Source: Eledone cirrhosa
Lineage: Eukaryota
Length of the DNA stretch: 64,000 nucleotides
Assembly (NCBI GenBank): GCA_964016885.1
Contig: CAXHJY010000281.1
Coordinates: 1 to 64,000 of the forward strand
Reading direction: 5' to 3'
Positions 38,301 through 52,600 of this stretch are shown piece by piece (the stretch's first letter is position 1; each line of letters starts with the position of its first letter). Position numbers and translations under genes: made by a program. The notes under the pieces are model-generated. The model ran no database searches and was not told the origin of the DNA. It saw only the letters and a program-made list of their open reading frames with translations.

Positions 38301-41300
38301 GGAGAAATTAGGAATAAGAGGGATCAGATGTTGTTTACTCGAGAGAAGACTACGTTGGTACGGTCACGTGATGCGCATGAAAGACGGCAGCTGTATAAAA
38401 AGGTGCAGGGCGATAAAAATAGACGGTAGCCATGGAGTAGGCAGACCCAGAAAAACCTTGGACGACTTGATAAATTCCGACCTCACACACACCTCTCCAA
38501 GACAATGTCACTGGACCGAGATCTTTGGCGCTACACAGTTATACAGAAGACCTGCCTTGCCTAAGTACAAAGCGAAACCTACAGTCAGTAGGCACCTCTA
38601 ACAAAATACACCCCCGTCCCACTACCCCTACCCCAACCACACCACCCCCTTAAATGTGAAGTTTTGTTGGTACCACAACATCCAGTCCGAAACATGAGGT
38701 CGTGTAGGTGTCACGACAAAAAAACACAGTCCACGCTGTAGTGTGGCCGTGTAGGTAACACGGTAAAAACCTCCCAGTCCACACTGTAAACGTGGTTAGT
38801 GTTAAGAAGGGCATCCAGCCGTAGAAAACCCGCCAGACAGTCCTATACGAGTAGGACAACCAATCTTGCCTCAAGTGGGAAAACTCCCATCCAAACCCAT
38901 GCAAGCGTGGAAGATGGACGTTAAACGATGATGATGATATATATATTTATATATATAAAACTAAAAAAATATGCACACTAATCTTAGAATTTTTCACACT
39001 ATTTTAATCTATATTTCTAAGTTTATTTTAGATTTGAAAACAAATCACAGCCAGATTGTATCAGGATACTCAAAAAACATTATAAAGAAAATAAGTTTCA
39101 GTTAATAGACTTTCAATGAATATATCGTCCATACAGATTCTCACTGTGAAAAAGAATTTAGAATGGTGTGAAACTGAGTAAACAAGTTGAACATAGCTAG
39201 AAAGAATCAAGGAGTGGATAGGGTGAATAGATTAGAATAGTTGGTGAATGAGAGGTGTGTTAGTTTGTGGGAAGTATGAAAAGCTAGAAAGAAAAGGTAT
39301 ATTTTTAAGAGAGAGGCATAAAAACAAATAATAAAGAAATGTGTATTGGTGAAATTTTGCTTGTTTTTGCCTTTTATTTTTGTTATTCTCCCATTATCCA
39401 ACCATTTACCCAATACATTATCAGGATACAACTATCTTTAAAGTTTGCAGTGATATCTCAGAAAAGGTGCTACAATATTTCATAACAGAGGACAGTAAAA
39501 TTGATTTCTCCATTATGACCCCTGATATATCCAACTCTTGCTAGCAGGAAAAACATATATTAAATGATTATATTATTGAATTAGCGTATTTCCCAGCATC
39601 GAAGACGCTACTTTTTTCCTAAAATAAGTCTCAAAAATCTACCATACGTCCTGGACGCCGAAGGTTATTTATTATCTTTTTTTTTCTCAAATTTTTGGTT
39701 GTCAAAATTAGGGTGCATCCTTGAGGACGAAGCATCTTCGGCACCGGGAAATATGGTAGCTAAATATATATAAATTTACCATCTTAGATAGGTGTGCAGT
39801 GCTAAGCTAACACAAATAGTATATTATTACACTCATACTCAAAGATGGCAACAAACATCAACACTTTTAGTTACTCTTAAATCAGATTTTATCCAGTTTA
39901 ACAAAACTTTGCTTCAGTTGTGAGCAAACTGCAGCCCGTGGGCCACATGCTTGGCTTTATGAATGGCATGCCTAATTTCAAAAGTGCCTTGAATTTTTTA
40001 GTAAGTGCAGCTTGCCTTATAATGAACCACATCGTATGCGACCCACTACTCAATAAAGGTTGCCCATGCTTGGTTTACTGTATATGTATTGAGATAGATA
40101 GAGAAAATGATTTTCTATTGACAACAGAAAGATTGTACTGTTACCTCTTTAGCCTTTACTTTACTCTATTTACTATTATATTTTCACATAATATCGAATC
40201 TATGAAATTTTGATATTTATTTTGAGAACAATATCTTAACATTAGTATGAGTGGCTGAAAGAGGTGAGAGAATTCTGGCTGGATATGTCCGGTTTAAATG
40301 TTAAAGGGTTAAATAAGCTACTCAGTACATAAAATAAAGAATATACGTGAACGGCAAAGCATAAACGAACTAAGGGAGAAATTAGGAATAAGAGGTATCA
40401 GATGTTGTTTACTCGAGAGAAGACTACGTTGGTACGGTCACGTGATGCGCATGAAAGACGACAGCTGTATAAAAAAGTGCAGGCCGATAAAAATAGACGG
40501 TAGCCACGGCGTAGGCAGACCCAGAGAAACCTGGGACGACCTCACACACACCTCTCCAAGACAATGTCACTGGACCGAGATCTTTGGCGCTACACAGTAA
40601 TACAGAAGACCCGCCTTGCCTAAGTACAAAGCGAAACCTACAGTCAGTAGGCACCTCTAACAAAAATACACCACCCCATCCACACCACCCCTTTCACTAT
40701 AAAGTTATGTTGGTACCGCAACATCCAGTCCGAAATAAATGAGGTCGTGTAGGTGTCACGACAAAAAAACACAGTTCACGCTGCAATGTGGCCGTGTAGG
40801 TAACACGGTAAAAACTTCCCAGTCCACACTGTAAACGTGGTTGGTGTTAGGAAGGGCATCCAGCCGTAGAAAACCCACCAGACAGTTCTATGCGAGCAAC
40901 ACAACCAATCTTGCCTCAAGTGGGAAAATTCCCGTCCAAACCCATGCTAGCGTGGAAGATGGACGTTAAACGATGATGATGATGATGCATAATTTATTTC
41001 AAGTAGAAATGACTTCTACTGGACTTGTGGTTTAATTTGGTTGAAATCATTATTATATGTGATTTGGCAGTATCGGTAGAGGGTCGGACGCCATGGTTTG
41101 ACGCATAGAGTTACGGCCCTTGCCATTCTGAGTTCAAATCCCGCCGAGGTTAACTTTGCCTTTCATCCTTACAGGGTCGATAAAATAAAGTACCAGTAAT
41201 GTACTGGGTAATAGCTGGCCTTATGCCAATAGTAGAAACAATTATTATATATATGTGTATATACTCTTGGGTCCCATAATGGGGGGGGGGGGTTCTAGGT

Positions 41301-44300
41301 TGTCTCCATTGATTTTTTTTTTTTTTTCTTTCTTTCTTTCTTAAAACCAGAATTAGTTGTTTAGATTACATATTGAGACACCAACCCATCCTATTTTATG
41401 ACATGAGATTTCTGGTAATGTACTTTTTGTCGTATAATTTTTTTTTTTTTTTTTTTTTTTTTTGGGATTTCTCGGGAATGCTACCACTTAAAATAAAATT
41501 TCACTGGAGATAGATTGGCAAAATTCAATAAGCAGGGGTAGGAGTTTGAAAAAAATTAATAAGCAGGGTGCTGATGGTGGTGGGGGTTTTAATCCAAACC
41601 CAACAGTATATATATAAAATAAACGATCTTATATATGTTACCGTGAACTATTTTTGAAAAGGGCTTTTTTTATACCAAGAAAAGGAAGCTTTGTTTTTTT
41701 TTATAAACATTTCAAATTAAAATCTAATATTCTAATATTCTGCTGTGGGTTTTATACATAACAATTTGACAATATGCTGTCTTGACTATAGAATGACATT
41801 TAAAGACAATCTAATAATAGGAACAAGCAGTACACCCTATTTCGACAGTTGGTGATATACACAGCATTCAACTGTAGAAATCATGCCAAAAAACGGTTGA
41901 GAAGACTCTTCAGCTGTCAGGGGTATAATAACCTCTCAAGTGTTGGTGACACGATAAAGCACATTGAGTACTCTCTGTAATGTGTTTGTTGATAGGTAGG
42001 GCATCTGATCATAGAAAAAGACATAACTACCTCCTTCGGTAATGGTTTACAATAAAATGCATTGTGCACTCTATAGAATGTTAGATATGGTACCCAGCAC
42101 ATCTGAGAAGTCAGTGGCTTCAAGAAAGAACTAACTTGGACTGTGACAACTGGTAGAACCCTTGCTAGCAGAGTATAACATGATATATAAAAATATAAAC
42201 ATACAGAAGTCTCATTGTGGGTATTCTAAGCTGTGATTATGTCACAGCTACGTCAGTAGATCTAGGGATACTGAAATTGACAAGTGGTGGGAGACTATAC
42301 TGGAAAAGATTTTGTGCAAACATGGAAACCTTAAGAATAATGACAGATTATTTATCAAAATCATGATAGATATTATACAGTGAAACTGTTTTAAATAAGG
42401 TTTGTTTTTTTATGAAAAATGAGAATCCTTAATATTACTGAGAAAAGCAACTATGAACATCTCACAATACTATATACTTGTTCTTTTTTTAATATATTTG
42501 AAGAATTAGGTCATTGTAACCTATTTATTTAAATTATGATTCCTGTAATTTTATTCTGTACTATAGTAATCTAAGAATTTTAGCCGTTAGTGTAATCATC
42601 ATCATCATCACGTATTCACTTTTTATGCTCGACAGATTTGTCAGGCTTCAAGTTAATTCTTATTCAAAGTTATTGTAAATCTGGTTGGTGTTAGGAAGGG
42701 CATCCAACTGTAGAAAACCCGCCAGACAGTCCTATGCGAGCAAGACAACCACTCTTGCCTCAAGTGGGAAAACCCCCGTCCAAACCCATGCAAGCGTGGA
42801 ACACGGACGCTAAACCTGATGATGATGATGATGATGATGTTGGAGGACTACTTCTTGAATATTTCTTTTTTGGCATAGACTTTATGGGCAGATACTCTTC
42901 TTAACCAATCAATTTACAGATCGTTTTGGATGTATTTTCATATGGCACCAGCACTGTTTTATCCTTGTAAACTCAAAATAGTCCACTTTCTTCTACATGG
43001 TTTTCGTTTTTAGAAAGCAAATTTGGTTAAAAGTTTAAATAGAAGGGAAGGGATGACCAAGACAGTGAAAGGGTGAGGTTATGAATGTAAGTTTGATGGA
43101 TAAATGAAATGATGGGATAGTAAACGAAAGTATAATCGATGAAAGCAGGAAAGATATAGCTACATGCTGGTTTTGGGGTAGGTAGCAACACGATTGGATT
43201 GCAGTGAAGATGAATCATAATAATAAGAGAGAGTGACTGTCTGATGGAGAGCAAATTTCTTATATAACTATGTGAAAAGAATGATAAAATATTATGACTA
43301 ACTTCTTTTATTCTTCTGGTTAAATGAAGTAAAGTGCCAATCACGTTCTGGAGTAGATTTAACATTATTGTAATATATCCTAAAAATAAATGGAATTATA
43401 ATAGAACTAAAAGTAGATTTGATATTGTTATATAACATCCTAGATGTGTAGAGAATTATAATTGTTTCTACTTTTGGCGCAAGGCCACCAATAAACCAGT
43501 ACATTACTGGTACTTTATTTTATCGACCCCGTAATGATCAAAAGCAAAGTTAACCTCGGCGGGATTAGAACTCAGAATGGCAAGGGCCGTAACTCAATGT
43601 GTCAAAGTATGGTGTCCGAATGTCTACCGATACTGCCAATCCACCGCCCTGTGTATAGAATTATAATAGAAGACAGTCAGTATTTGATTTTCATCTTTTC
43701 CGTTCTTTGATAAAATAATGTACCAGTCAAGTTCTGGTTTGGATTTAAATCCTGGTAATACATCCTAGATGTGAATGGAATTATTGTAGATTTTGTAATG
43801 AAACATACAGATGAGACATGGTTCTCTGACACGACTCGGAGGGCAGTAACTCCATTTATGAACCTACTCAAATGATGGCAATTACCCTCAATCCCTAGCA
43901 TGGCAAGCTGGTGCGGTGTGAAACGATGAAGAGGATTTATATTAAGTTTACATTTTATTCAAATTAAGTAGGTTAATGTGACCTATTTTAACACATTTTT
44001 ATCGAAAAGTGCAAAAATGTTTGATTTGAACATCGTACTTTATCTATATATATATATATTTACACACACACACAGGCAGAGACTTGGCTGTGTGGTTAAG
44101 TTCATTTTCCATCTACAGTCTTGTTCTATTGCCAATGCCTTATTAATGAATTTGGTGGATAGAATCGGTACATCGTTCTTTTTGTCTCTGTCTCTTCTTG
44201 TTTCTTCTTTTATCTCAGTTATTATACTTACAAAATTTCATACAGTATTTTAAACAGGCGAGAAGGTTAGCATCAGGAAGGCATCTGGCTGTTGATTTCT

Positions 44301-47300
44301 GCCTCAAAAATGTTGTCCCACTCTACTTGCAAGGAAAAAAAAAATGGACACATTAATTAGAATTTACATTACTCTATATTTTCTATTATATTTTCATTGT
44401 AAAGGCTTTATCTCATGTAATTATTTCACATAATAACGAATCAATGACATTTTGATATTATTTATTTTGGGAACAATACCTTAACATCAGTTTGAGAAGT
44501 CGGTTACAGCCAGATTGAACAGAAAGAGGTGAGAGAATTCTGGCTGGATACAGCCGGTTTAAATGCTAATGAGGGTAATATATCATCATTACATCTGTTC
44601 ATAACTTTGAATATTGATATTAAGAGTTAATTGGTAATGGATGAAATCATGTTAAAAAATTATTTCTATATGAAAACAACAAATTAGAAACTTAGAAAGA
44701 GCTCTGATACTATGGGCATGTGGCTAGAATGTCTTGGGAAAGAATCACTGGACAGATTTTACGAACAAAATCAACTTGTAGCAGACCCAGAGGTAGACAC
44801 CGAGCTAGATGGTTGGATAACATCCATGAGCTTAGCTGGTCAGACTTGAGGGGCCAGCCAGATCAGTTGGAGACGGTTGCTTCTGACAGGACCTGTTGGA
44901 AGCAGTGTTTGAGGACTCTGCCCCCACGACGCTCTCCAGAATAAGTGGGCGAAGAAAAGAAGAAAGATCACTTGAGTTTACTTTCATAAATTTTGTGTGT
45001 GGATGTATTGGTATATTACTTGGTCAGTTTATATATTCACTTAGCTTTACAATTGGAGTTTGTACTGTAGGCATTTATTTTGTGTCTCTTGATAGTTTGG
45101 TGGCTGTTTTTATAGTTTGTTTTATCAATATTTAAAGGGCTGCTTTGGGTGTAAACTTTCAGTATTGGTTAAGGTTTGGGAACAAATTGTCCTTAAATAC
45201 ATATACATATATGAAAAGTTTTCCCAAGAACGGCTTTTCTGTTAGGCAGATTATTTTCTTTAAAAAATATATAGAATTTTCTGTCCATTTTCCACACTAG
45301 CATGGGTCTTTATTACTAGTTTTTTATTTTTTTTTTATTTTTTTTTTTTCATATGAATCTCTGTTTGAGACAAAAGTTCAAGTTTACTTTTGAACAAGAC
45401 ATTTTCTGATGTAGGTGCCACTCTAAAATGCAGTCAGTGCATTACATAAGGTGGTTGGTATTTGAACTGTAGCAATATATGTTAGGGAGAAAACTCTTCA
45501 GTCACATCAAAGACCTGAACATTTCTTGTGCTGTTGCCATAATAAAATACACCCAGAACATACTGCAAAGTGATTGGCATTTACCTATCACTTTCCCCCA
45601 TACCACCATTCTCCCTCTAGCAATCTTTTTTGATATAGCTCACTCTACTCTTGTTGATATACATCATTTGCCACCACTTACATTACTCCTTCTTTCCATT
45701 CACTGTCTTTTTCCTAACATGTTGCTGTCTATCACTATTGCTATTTATCCTCTCCCACTCTTTCTTTTTTTTCTCTATCTTTCCTATCATACTGATATTC
45801 ATACTTTCCTATTCACCTATCACACCCATATACATTGTTCTGTCTTCTAATCACCTTGGTCTCATTTGCCTTGAATGAACAGAGACAAAGTATAATAAAG
45901 AGGATTCTTTAGTCTTGCAGGGGACAAGGCAACCTCTCTAGTGTTGGCACCTTGATAAAATACACCCAGTACACGCTGTAAAGTGGTTGTTGAAGGAACA
46001 AATGGCGACACATAGAATAGAGAAGACTCTGCAGAAGAAACCCAAATGTTAGTGATCAAGTTTCAATTGGGCAAAAAAGCAATATCCAGCAACTTTGCTG
46101 TGTGACACATACCTCAGAGAACGGTAAGATACATAGATCGTATTGGTCATCTGACTGTATTCCTGATATATATCCTGTCATGTGAGCCTATCTTGCCGTG
46201 ATCCAAGAAGTTTGGGATGAGAGTGTGAGGCTAGTTGTACAGTGCAGCCCTCTCTCAGTATAATTCAAGTCCACTAAGAACCATAATGTTTATTTGTTGG
46301 TTCTATCGGTTCTGTCACTCTGTAGGAGTGTTTTAAAAAAGGAAATTCATTTTTTCATTATTATTATTTGGTAGTTCTGGATGAAGAGGCAATTTTTATA
46401 GCCTTCACAGGATTTGTTTGGAACTGGAGAGATTGCTGCTGTTGATGTTTCACTTAAACTTTTAATTGCTGATTCCTGTATGAAGGACATAAACAGGGAA
46501 GGAGTTCCAGTGGGGTTGACATTCAGCTGTAGTGGTTAGTGCATGGATGTGGTAATGAGAGGAAGTGATCAGTCTATGATGTCTGTATGAGCAATCAGCA
46601 ACACAATCTCTGAGATGTTGGAGTGGTATATATACCATTGTGGGTTTCATCTGAATTTTGGTAGAGGGCTAGTAATTGTTAGGGGCTGAAGTATTTGCTG
46701 GCCCTGGAGAGAATGGTATCTTTGTGATGTATTGTATATTAGAGTTTTAGATGTGTTATGATGTTAAAAAGAAAAACTTGGGTGGGATTGATATACCTAT
46801 AATATTTTTGATAAGCTTGTTTCTTCAACTTTCTCTTACTAGTCTTATACTAGGCCTCTGAAACTGGTGAGAGAAAGGAGAAAAAACAGTTCATGGGATT
46901 CTACATGTAGGAACTGTTTATTTATGTATTTGATAGATCTGGTAAAAGGGGAAGTGCCCATGGTTTTCACAGGCCTTCTGCTATTAGAGATTGAAGCCGT
47001 TGATATTCTGTTTGAACAGTGAAGTTATCCACATACTCTCACAAACATTTTTACAAATTTATTTGAAATAATTAAAAAAATGTTTTTTATTTTGTAGCAA
47101 GAAGACCTCGTTGCCTTGGGTAAAGTAGTTCTTGCTCTTGCATGTAATTCAGTGATGGCAATACAGAGGGATCAAGTAACAAATTCAATGGAACTTGTAG
47201 CACGGAATTATTCCACGGATTTGAAGAATTTAATTCTGTAAGTCTATTTCATTGAATTTGAATTTTTTTTTTTACTAGAATGGTTTTATATATATACTAG

Positions 47301-49599
47301 CACAATGGCCCGGCGTTGCTTGGGCTTCTAAACATAGATTGCCATGTTTATCCCACCTTTCTGAAACAGTACAGAGAAGTACGGAATACCTCGGCCTGGG
47401 GATGGTGTCTACATTTTGTGCTTAGGCAATAATTTTCCATTAAGATTTTTCAAAAGCATGTAATTGCGTTCCCTCTCTTTTTTGTTGTTTTTGCTGCTGT
47501 TGGTGTGATAGCAGCCGTTGGTCGTACTACTAACACAGTCTTGTCCATCTTCAGCCAATCGTGTATATCCCCTTCTGCCTCGTCTACCTAAACAATGATA
47601 GTAGCACCTCCTTGTACACAATGTTCCTTGTTCTTCCGTGTCGGGCATATGCAAAGAGATTTGTCTTGCTTCCCACTCTTGAGCAGCCAACGTATGGTTG
47701 CCTGTGTCTAATTTATTCCTAGTAGGTAATTGGTAAAGAAAATAAAAACTTTTCCGCTTAACATCAGCGCACATGATTTTATCATAGGTGTGGGGATATT
47801 TTGGCAGGAGTTTTCTAAAAAGATCCACTATTTCTATCTACTAGAGTTAGTGGAAATGTCTTCGGATATGTTATCAAAAAAAGAGTAACTGACACTTACC
47901 GATTGAAAAATAAGCCGATCGTCGGAATGGTAATCTCAACTGTAATTGGTAACCTGGGCTGGCTTTCCTCGCTTATGTACCAAGATAGATAGAAATTACC
48001 GCTTAAGGCCAGCGTATGTGAATTTTAACATAAGTGTGGGGATATTTTGGGGCGGGGGCTTTCTAAAAAGATTCACTATTTCTATCTATGTACGTAATGG
48101 GGCATATGGCTTGGTACTAACACCAATAATAATGTGTGCAACGGGGGGTAAGTGATTATGCCTCAGGAAGTATTGCAAAAAAATATTAAAGCAACTGGGG
48201 ATTGTCTCAGGATTGTTAGCCCCAAAATTAGTAAATGACACTTACTGATTGAAAAATAAGCTGACCGTCAGAAAGGTATTCTCAAGTGTAATTGTTAACC
48301 TGGGCTGGCTTGCCTCGCTTATATTTTATATTAAAATAACAGATTAAAGTTTAAGCAAAGAATCGCTGCTTACACCCTTAACGGGATCTTCTGAAACTAA
48401 AAAAATCAATCTGTGAACGCAGAAGTAAATATTTCGAAAAACGTTGCAACCGAAGGAAAACAGGAAGACAATACTATGGTTCGTGAAGACGTTCCCTGGC
48501 AATGAAAGGAACAGCAATGATAACGATGTTTGTCATAATGTCGTAATGCAGACAGCCAGACATACAGACAGATATTATAAGGGTGCGATGGAGATCGATA
48601 ACCGGCGCTTAACAACAGAAAATTGAAAAATAAAAGCTGCAGTTAATATTTTTAGACCGCAAGGAATATATAAATGCAAGTTTGAAGTCAATCGGAGTAG
48701 AAATGTGGATTTGTATAGACTTTGCAAAAATTATGGGACACACACAGACAGACAATTTCAGTTTTATATATATGTATATATATATATATATTTTTTTTGT
48801 AGGAAGTCATTGTCATCATCATTTATCCACCTTCCATGCATGGTTTTGATGCGTCATCAATGTTGGTTTTTATTCAGAGTTATTGTCCTATACGAGTCAG
48901 AGATCATGTGTTTCTCAGTACACTCCACTTTTGGCATGATTTCTATATGCTAGATGCGCTGCCTAACATCAACCACTTAAAGTATTCTAGATTTGTAGCA
49001 CACCAAAGTTATGTTGAGGACATAAGTACATCTCTAGTGCTGGTATCATGACAACATGCACCCAGTACATTGTAAAGTAGTTGATGTTAAGGGAGGACAT
49101 ATATGTCAAAAATAGAATGAATAAGATGTGCTCCTGACCTGTCTAAGAGGACAGTAACTCCAAATAATTACTGGCTCAGACCATAACAACCCATCCAACC
49201 CATGCCAGTATGGAAAGTGGGTGTAAAATGGTGATAGTGATGATGGTTATTCATAGCTGGAACATTTTTTGTCACAAATCTGCTTGATCAGAGTTGGCCT
49301 GGAGCTAAACAACAATAAATGGCTTACTGCTGTTGTAGGATTTGACTAAGAAAGAACATAGGTTAAAAACAAAAGTGAATTGTAAAGCAATTTATGATGA
49401 TACTGATCCATTTGTATCATACAGTTTACTGTAATCTGTGTGTATCAATTTAGAATAGGTACACTGTACCTCTGTATATTGTAAGAAGTGACTAAAAGGG
49501 TTTACACCAGGAAGGGCCAAAAAGTATTCCAATGAGTATGACACCTATTTGAAGTCGACTGGGTTAACTCCTTCTTTGTGCCCCCCCCCCCCCCCCCCC

Positions 49600-49646
<47 letters not shown>

Positions 49647-52600
49647 CAAGCAGGGAAAAGCGGACGTAAAATGATGATGATAAAAATTAGTCTTAAAATG
49701 CATGTGGCAGTTAATATCATCTAAAAATGGTACCAGTATACTGTGTCAGAAGATGTTAAGATTGTATTTCTTAGGTTAAAAATAATGGTATATGTATGCA
49801 TCATTGACATCATCATCATCACTGTTTAACATCTATTTTTTCACTCTTGCATGGTTAGGTAGGTTGTCATGTTATCAGACAAGTAAGCAAGTTTGACGTG
49901 GGTAAGGTGTGTGGATTATTTAACTGGTGAGGGGATGGTACCAAGACCGGGGTTGGGGTAAAGAGCAGAAAATGAGTGCAGACTAGTGTCTTCTGCAGTA
50001 CAGCTTAATAGCATAGCAGAGATCTTTATCCTGTGTCATCTTTGTGAGGTTTAATTGGGTATGGTCAGCTGTTATCATTTCATCCTAAGCTTTCCTAGGT
50101 CTTCCTCTTTCAGTGCCCTGACCCTTTTTATTCAGGTGTCCTCCTCCATGCACATCACATATCTATACCACTGCAATCTCTTCTACACACTATCTGACTC
50201 CTTTTATGTCCAGTTTTTCTCTCAGTTCATTGATGCTTTTACTGTTCATCCTCACTACTATTACACATTCATTGGACCATTGCAAGCTTCATTTCTTTCC
50301 AGTCTCCGTAGGTCCTCTGCACATATTGCCCAGGTTTCACTTCCATGTGGCATTCCTGTTCGTACACAAGCGTCATATAATATGCTTTTCTTTTTGAGGG
50401 GAAAGCTTTTTGTAGTTAGTTCTGGGAGTAGCTTCCTGAACTTTTTCCATCCCATTCTCACTGTCTACTATACATTCAGAACAGCCACCTCCATTACTAA
50501 TTTTCTTACCTAGGTAACAGAAGTTATCAACTACTTCTACGGAAACCTCTAAGAATTTGATAAAGCTTGTTTCCTGTGAGCACTTGCTGCTTACTGCTCC
50601 TGTGCATCGACCACATACAAAACATACATTCTTAACTAGCCTGCCTGAGATCCCACTACATCTTGTGTACCCATAGTTTGCAGTTGGGACATAGAGTGGA
50701 ATTTCTACCTACTTTTTTCCTGTTCACTGAACAAGGCCATTTATCTGAAAGGATCTGGGTCTTGTTTTCCTTTCTTCTGACTAGGTCTTTGCCAAGTTCA
50801 CTTTAAGACCTTTTGATTTTAAGCTATGATTCCAGGTTTGGAATTTCTTCTCTAATTCTGTTATAGCCTGCAAGACAATAATAAACAAGATAGGGCTAAG
50901 AACGGAGCCCTGGTGAACTCCTTGCACCCTAAATTCCTCACTATATCATCATCATCATCATTTTACGTCCGCTTTTCCTTGCTTGCAATGTTAATGCTAA
51001 CTTTGCTGACTACTCCTCTGTATATGACTTGTACTGCCTTCACAACACAAAAAACAAAGAAATGGAGCTAATGCTGCATGGAATTTATCTCATGCTCTAA
51101 CAATTCTATCAATCCACCAGGTTGGATTGGTACTTTATTATTTATCCAATCCTGAAAGAATGGAAAGCAAAGTACAAAAGCCAGAACTAATACCAACACA
51201 ACCCCCTAGCCATTGCTCAAACAACTCAGCCAGTACATCGCCTTAAAAGTAGTAGTGTTTAATTTATTTTATCTTATATTTAATCCAGCCTTTGCAGGCT
51301 CTTCTGATATAAGTAATGTTGTTGAGGTTCACTATACTGAGTAATGCCCTAATGGGTATAGTTGATATCAAGGTTGATTTCATAAAACCATTAACTTTCT
51401 GACTGTCTCATTAGGTTCACATTACACACACACATGATTATGTAGCAGAAATACAGCTAAACATGCAAGGATACATTGAAGCAGTCCATTTTTCGCCCAT
51501 GCAGTCTCCTCATTCAAGAATCTCTCTTAATACCAGTTCCATGCTTCTTTCTTCACTGCATTGGAAAGAGCAAGCATGTCTCCGTTATTTCGGACACACT
51601 TCTCACCAATAACACCTTTATTTTCCTTGACACTGCCTTGTAATCCAGAACACCTCATGGTGCAGAACATATGCAAACTTATTTTCTGCTTCCTCCATTT
51701 TACCAGTCATTCCATGCCTGTTTCTTAGCTTTAATTGCCTCATCCACTTTACTGTTCCACCACCAAGTTACCTTTCATCTTCTTGGGGTCTTGCTCCAGC
51801 CATAGATCTTGTCTGGCCTCATCAGGCTATTTCTCAGAACCCCACCTCCAGTTGTTTCTATCTTGTAGTCTCTATCTTTTCTTCCTTACTGTCAAAAGCA
51901 AAACATCCTTGAATTTATAATGAATCCAGGGCTCCCATAGTTTCTATGTTCTTGTTTTTCAAGTTGCCTTCTGAATTAGTTTGTGTAGCTCTAATTTTAA
52001 AGTCACTAACTACTAGTTTATGTTGGGAGTCACATTCCTCACTTTGCAATCTTCAGTCTATTTTTTATTTTTGGTGGGAATAAAGTCTATCTGGTTAGAG
52101 TATTCTCCTGATTTTTAGGTGATCAGCTGGCTGGGTGGTTTCATGAAGTTAGATGTTGCAGAAAGTCAGACCATTAGTATCACAAAATTCTATGAGTCTT
52201 AATCCCTCTTCATTTCTTGAACCGAATCCAAAGTTATCATTGACACTATAGAAGCTATTACAGTGTTGATTGACATGTCCTTTAAAATTACTAGCCATGA
52301 TTATGATGTTACTGTTACTTGTTAGGGATGTAGCCTACCTTATGAACTCATAAAAATTGTCTTTCAGCTCATCAATCAGTTCTGATTGGAGCGCATATGC
52401 AAAAGTAATTGTCACAGTTGCTTTATCTACGGCTAACCTAAGCTTAATAATTCTGTCACTTACCCTAACTACCACAATTACATTATCTGTCAATTTATCT
52501 GGCAACAGAATTCCTACTCCAGCTAGCCCCAATTTGTTACCAGCCCAGATCACTGTGTTTTGCTTGTTGGGTATCTGGCAGAGGTGCCTCATGATCTGGT

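Noticed and set aside
46080-46960. Possible very old minus-strand LINE fragment (HPKLLG-like stretch)
   Set aside because: Too degraded to assign or delimit by eye.
47409-47828. 139-aa minus-strand ORF
   Set aside because: It lies inside the Helitron-like repeat and has no recognisable Rep/helicase or other motif.
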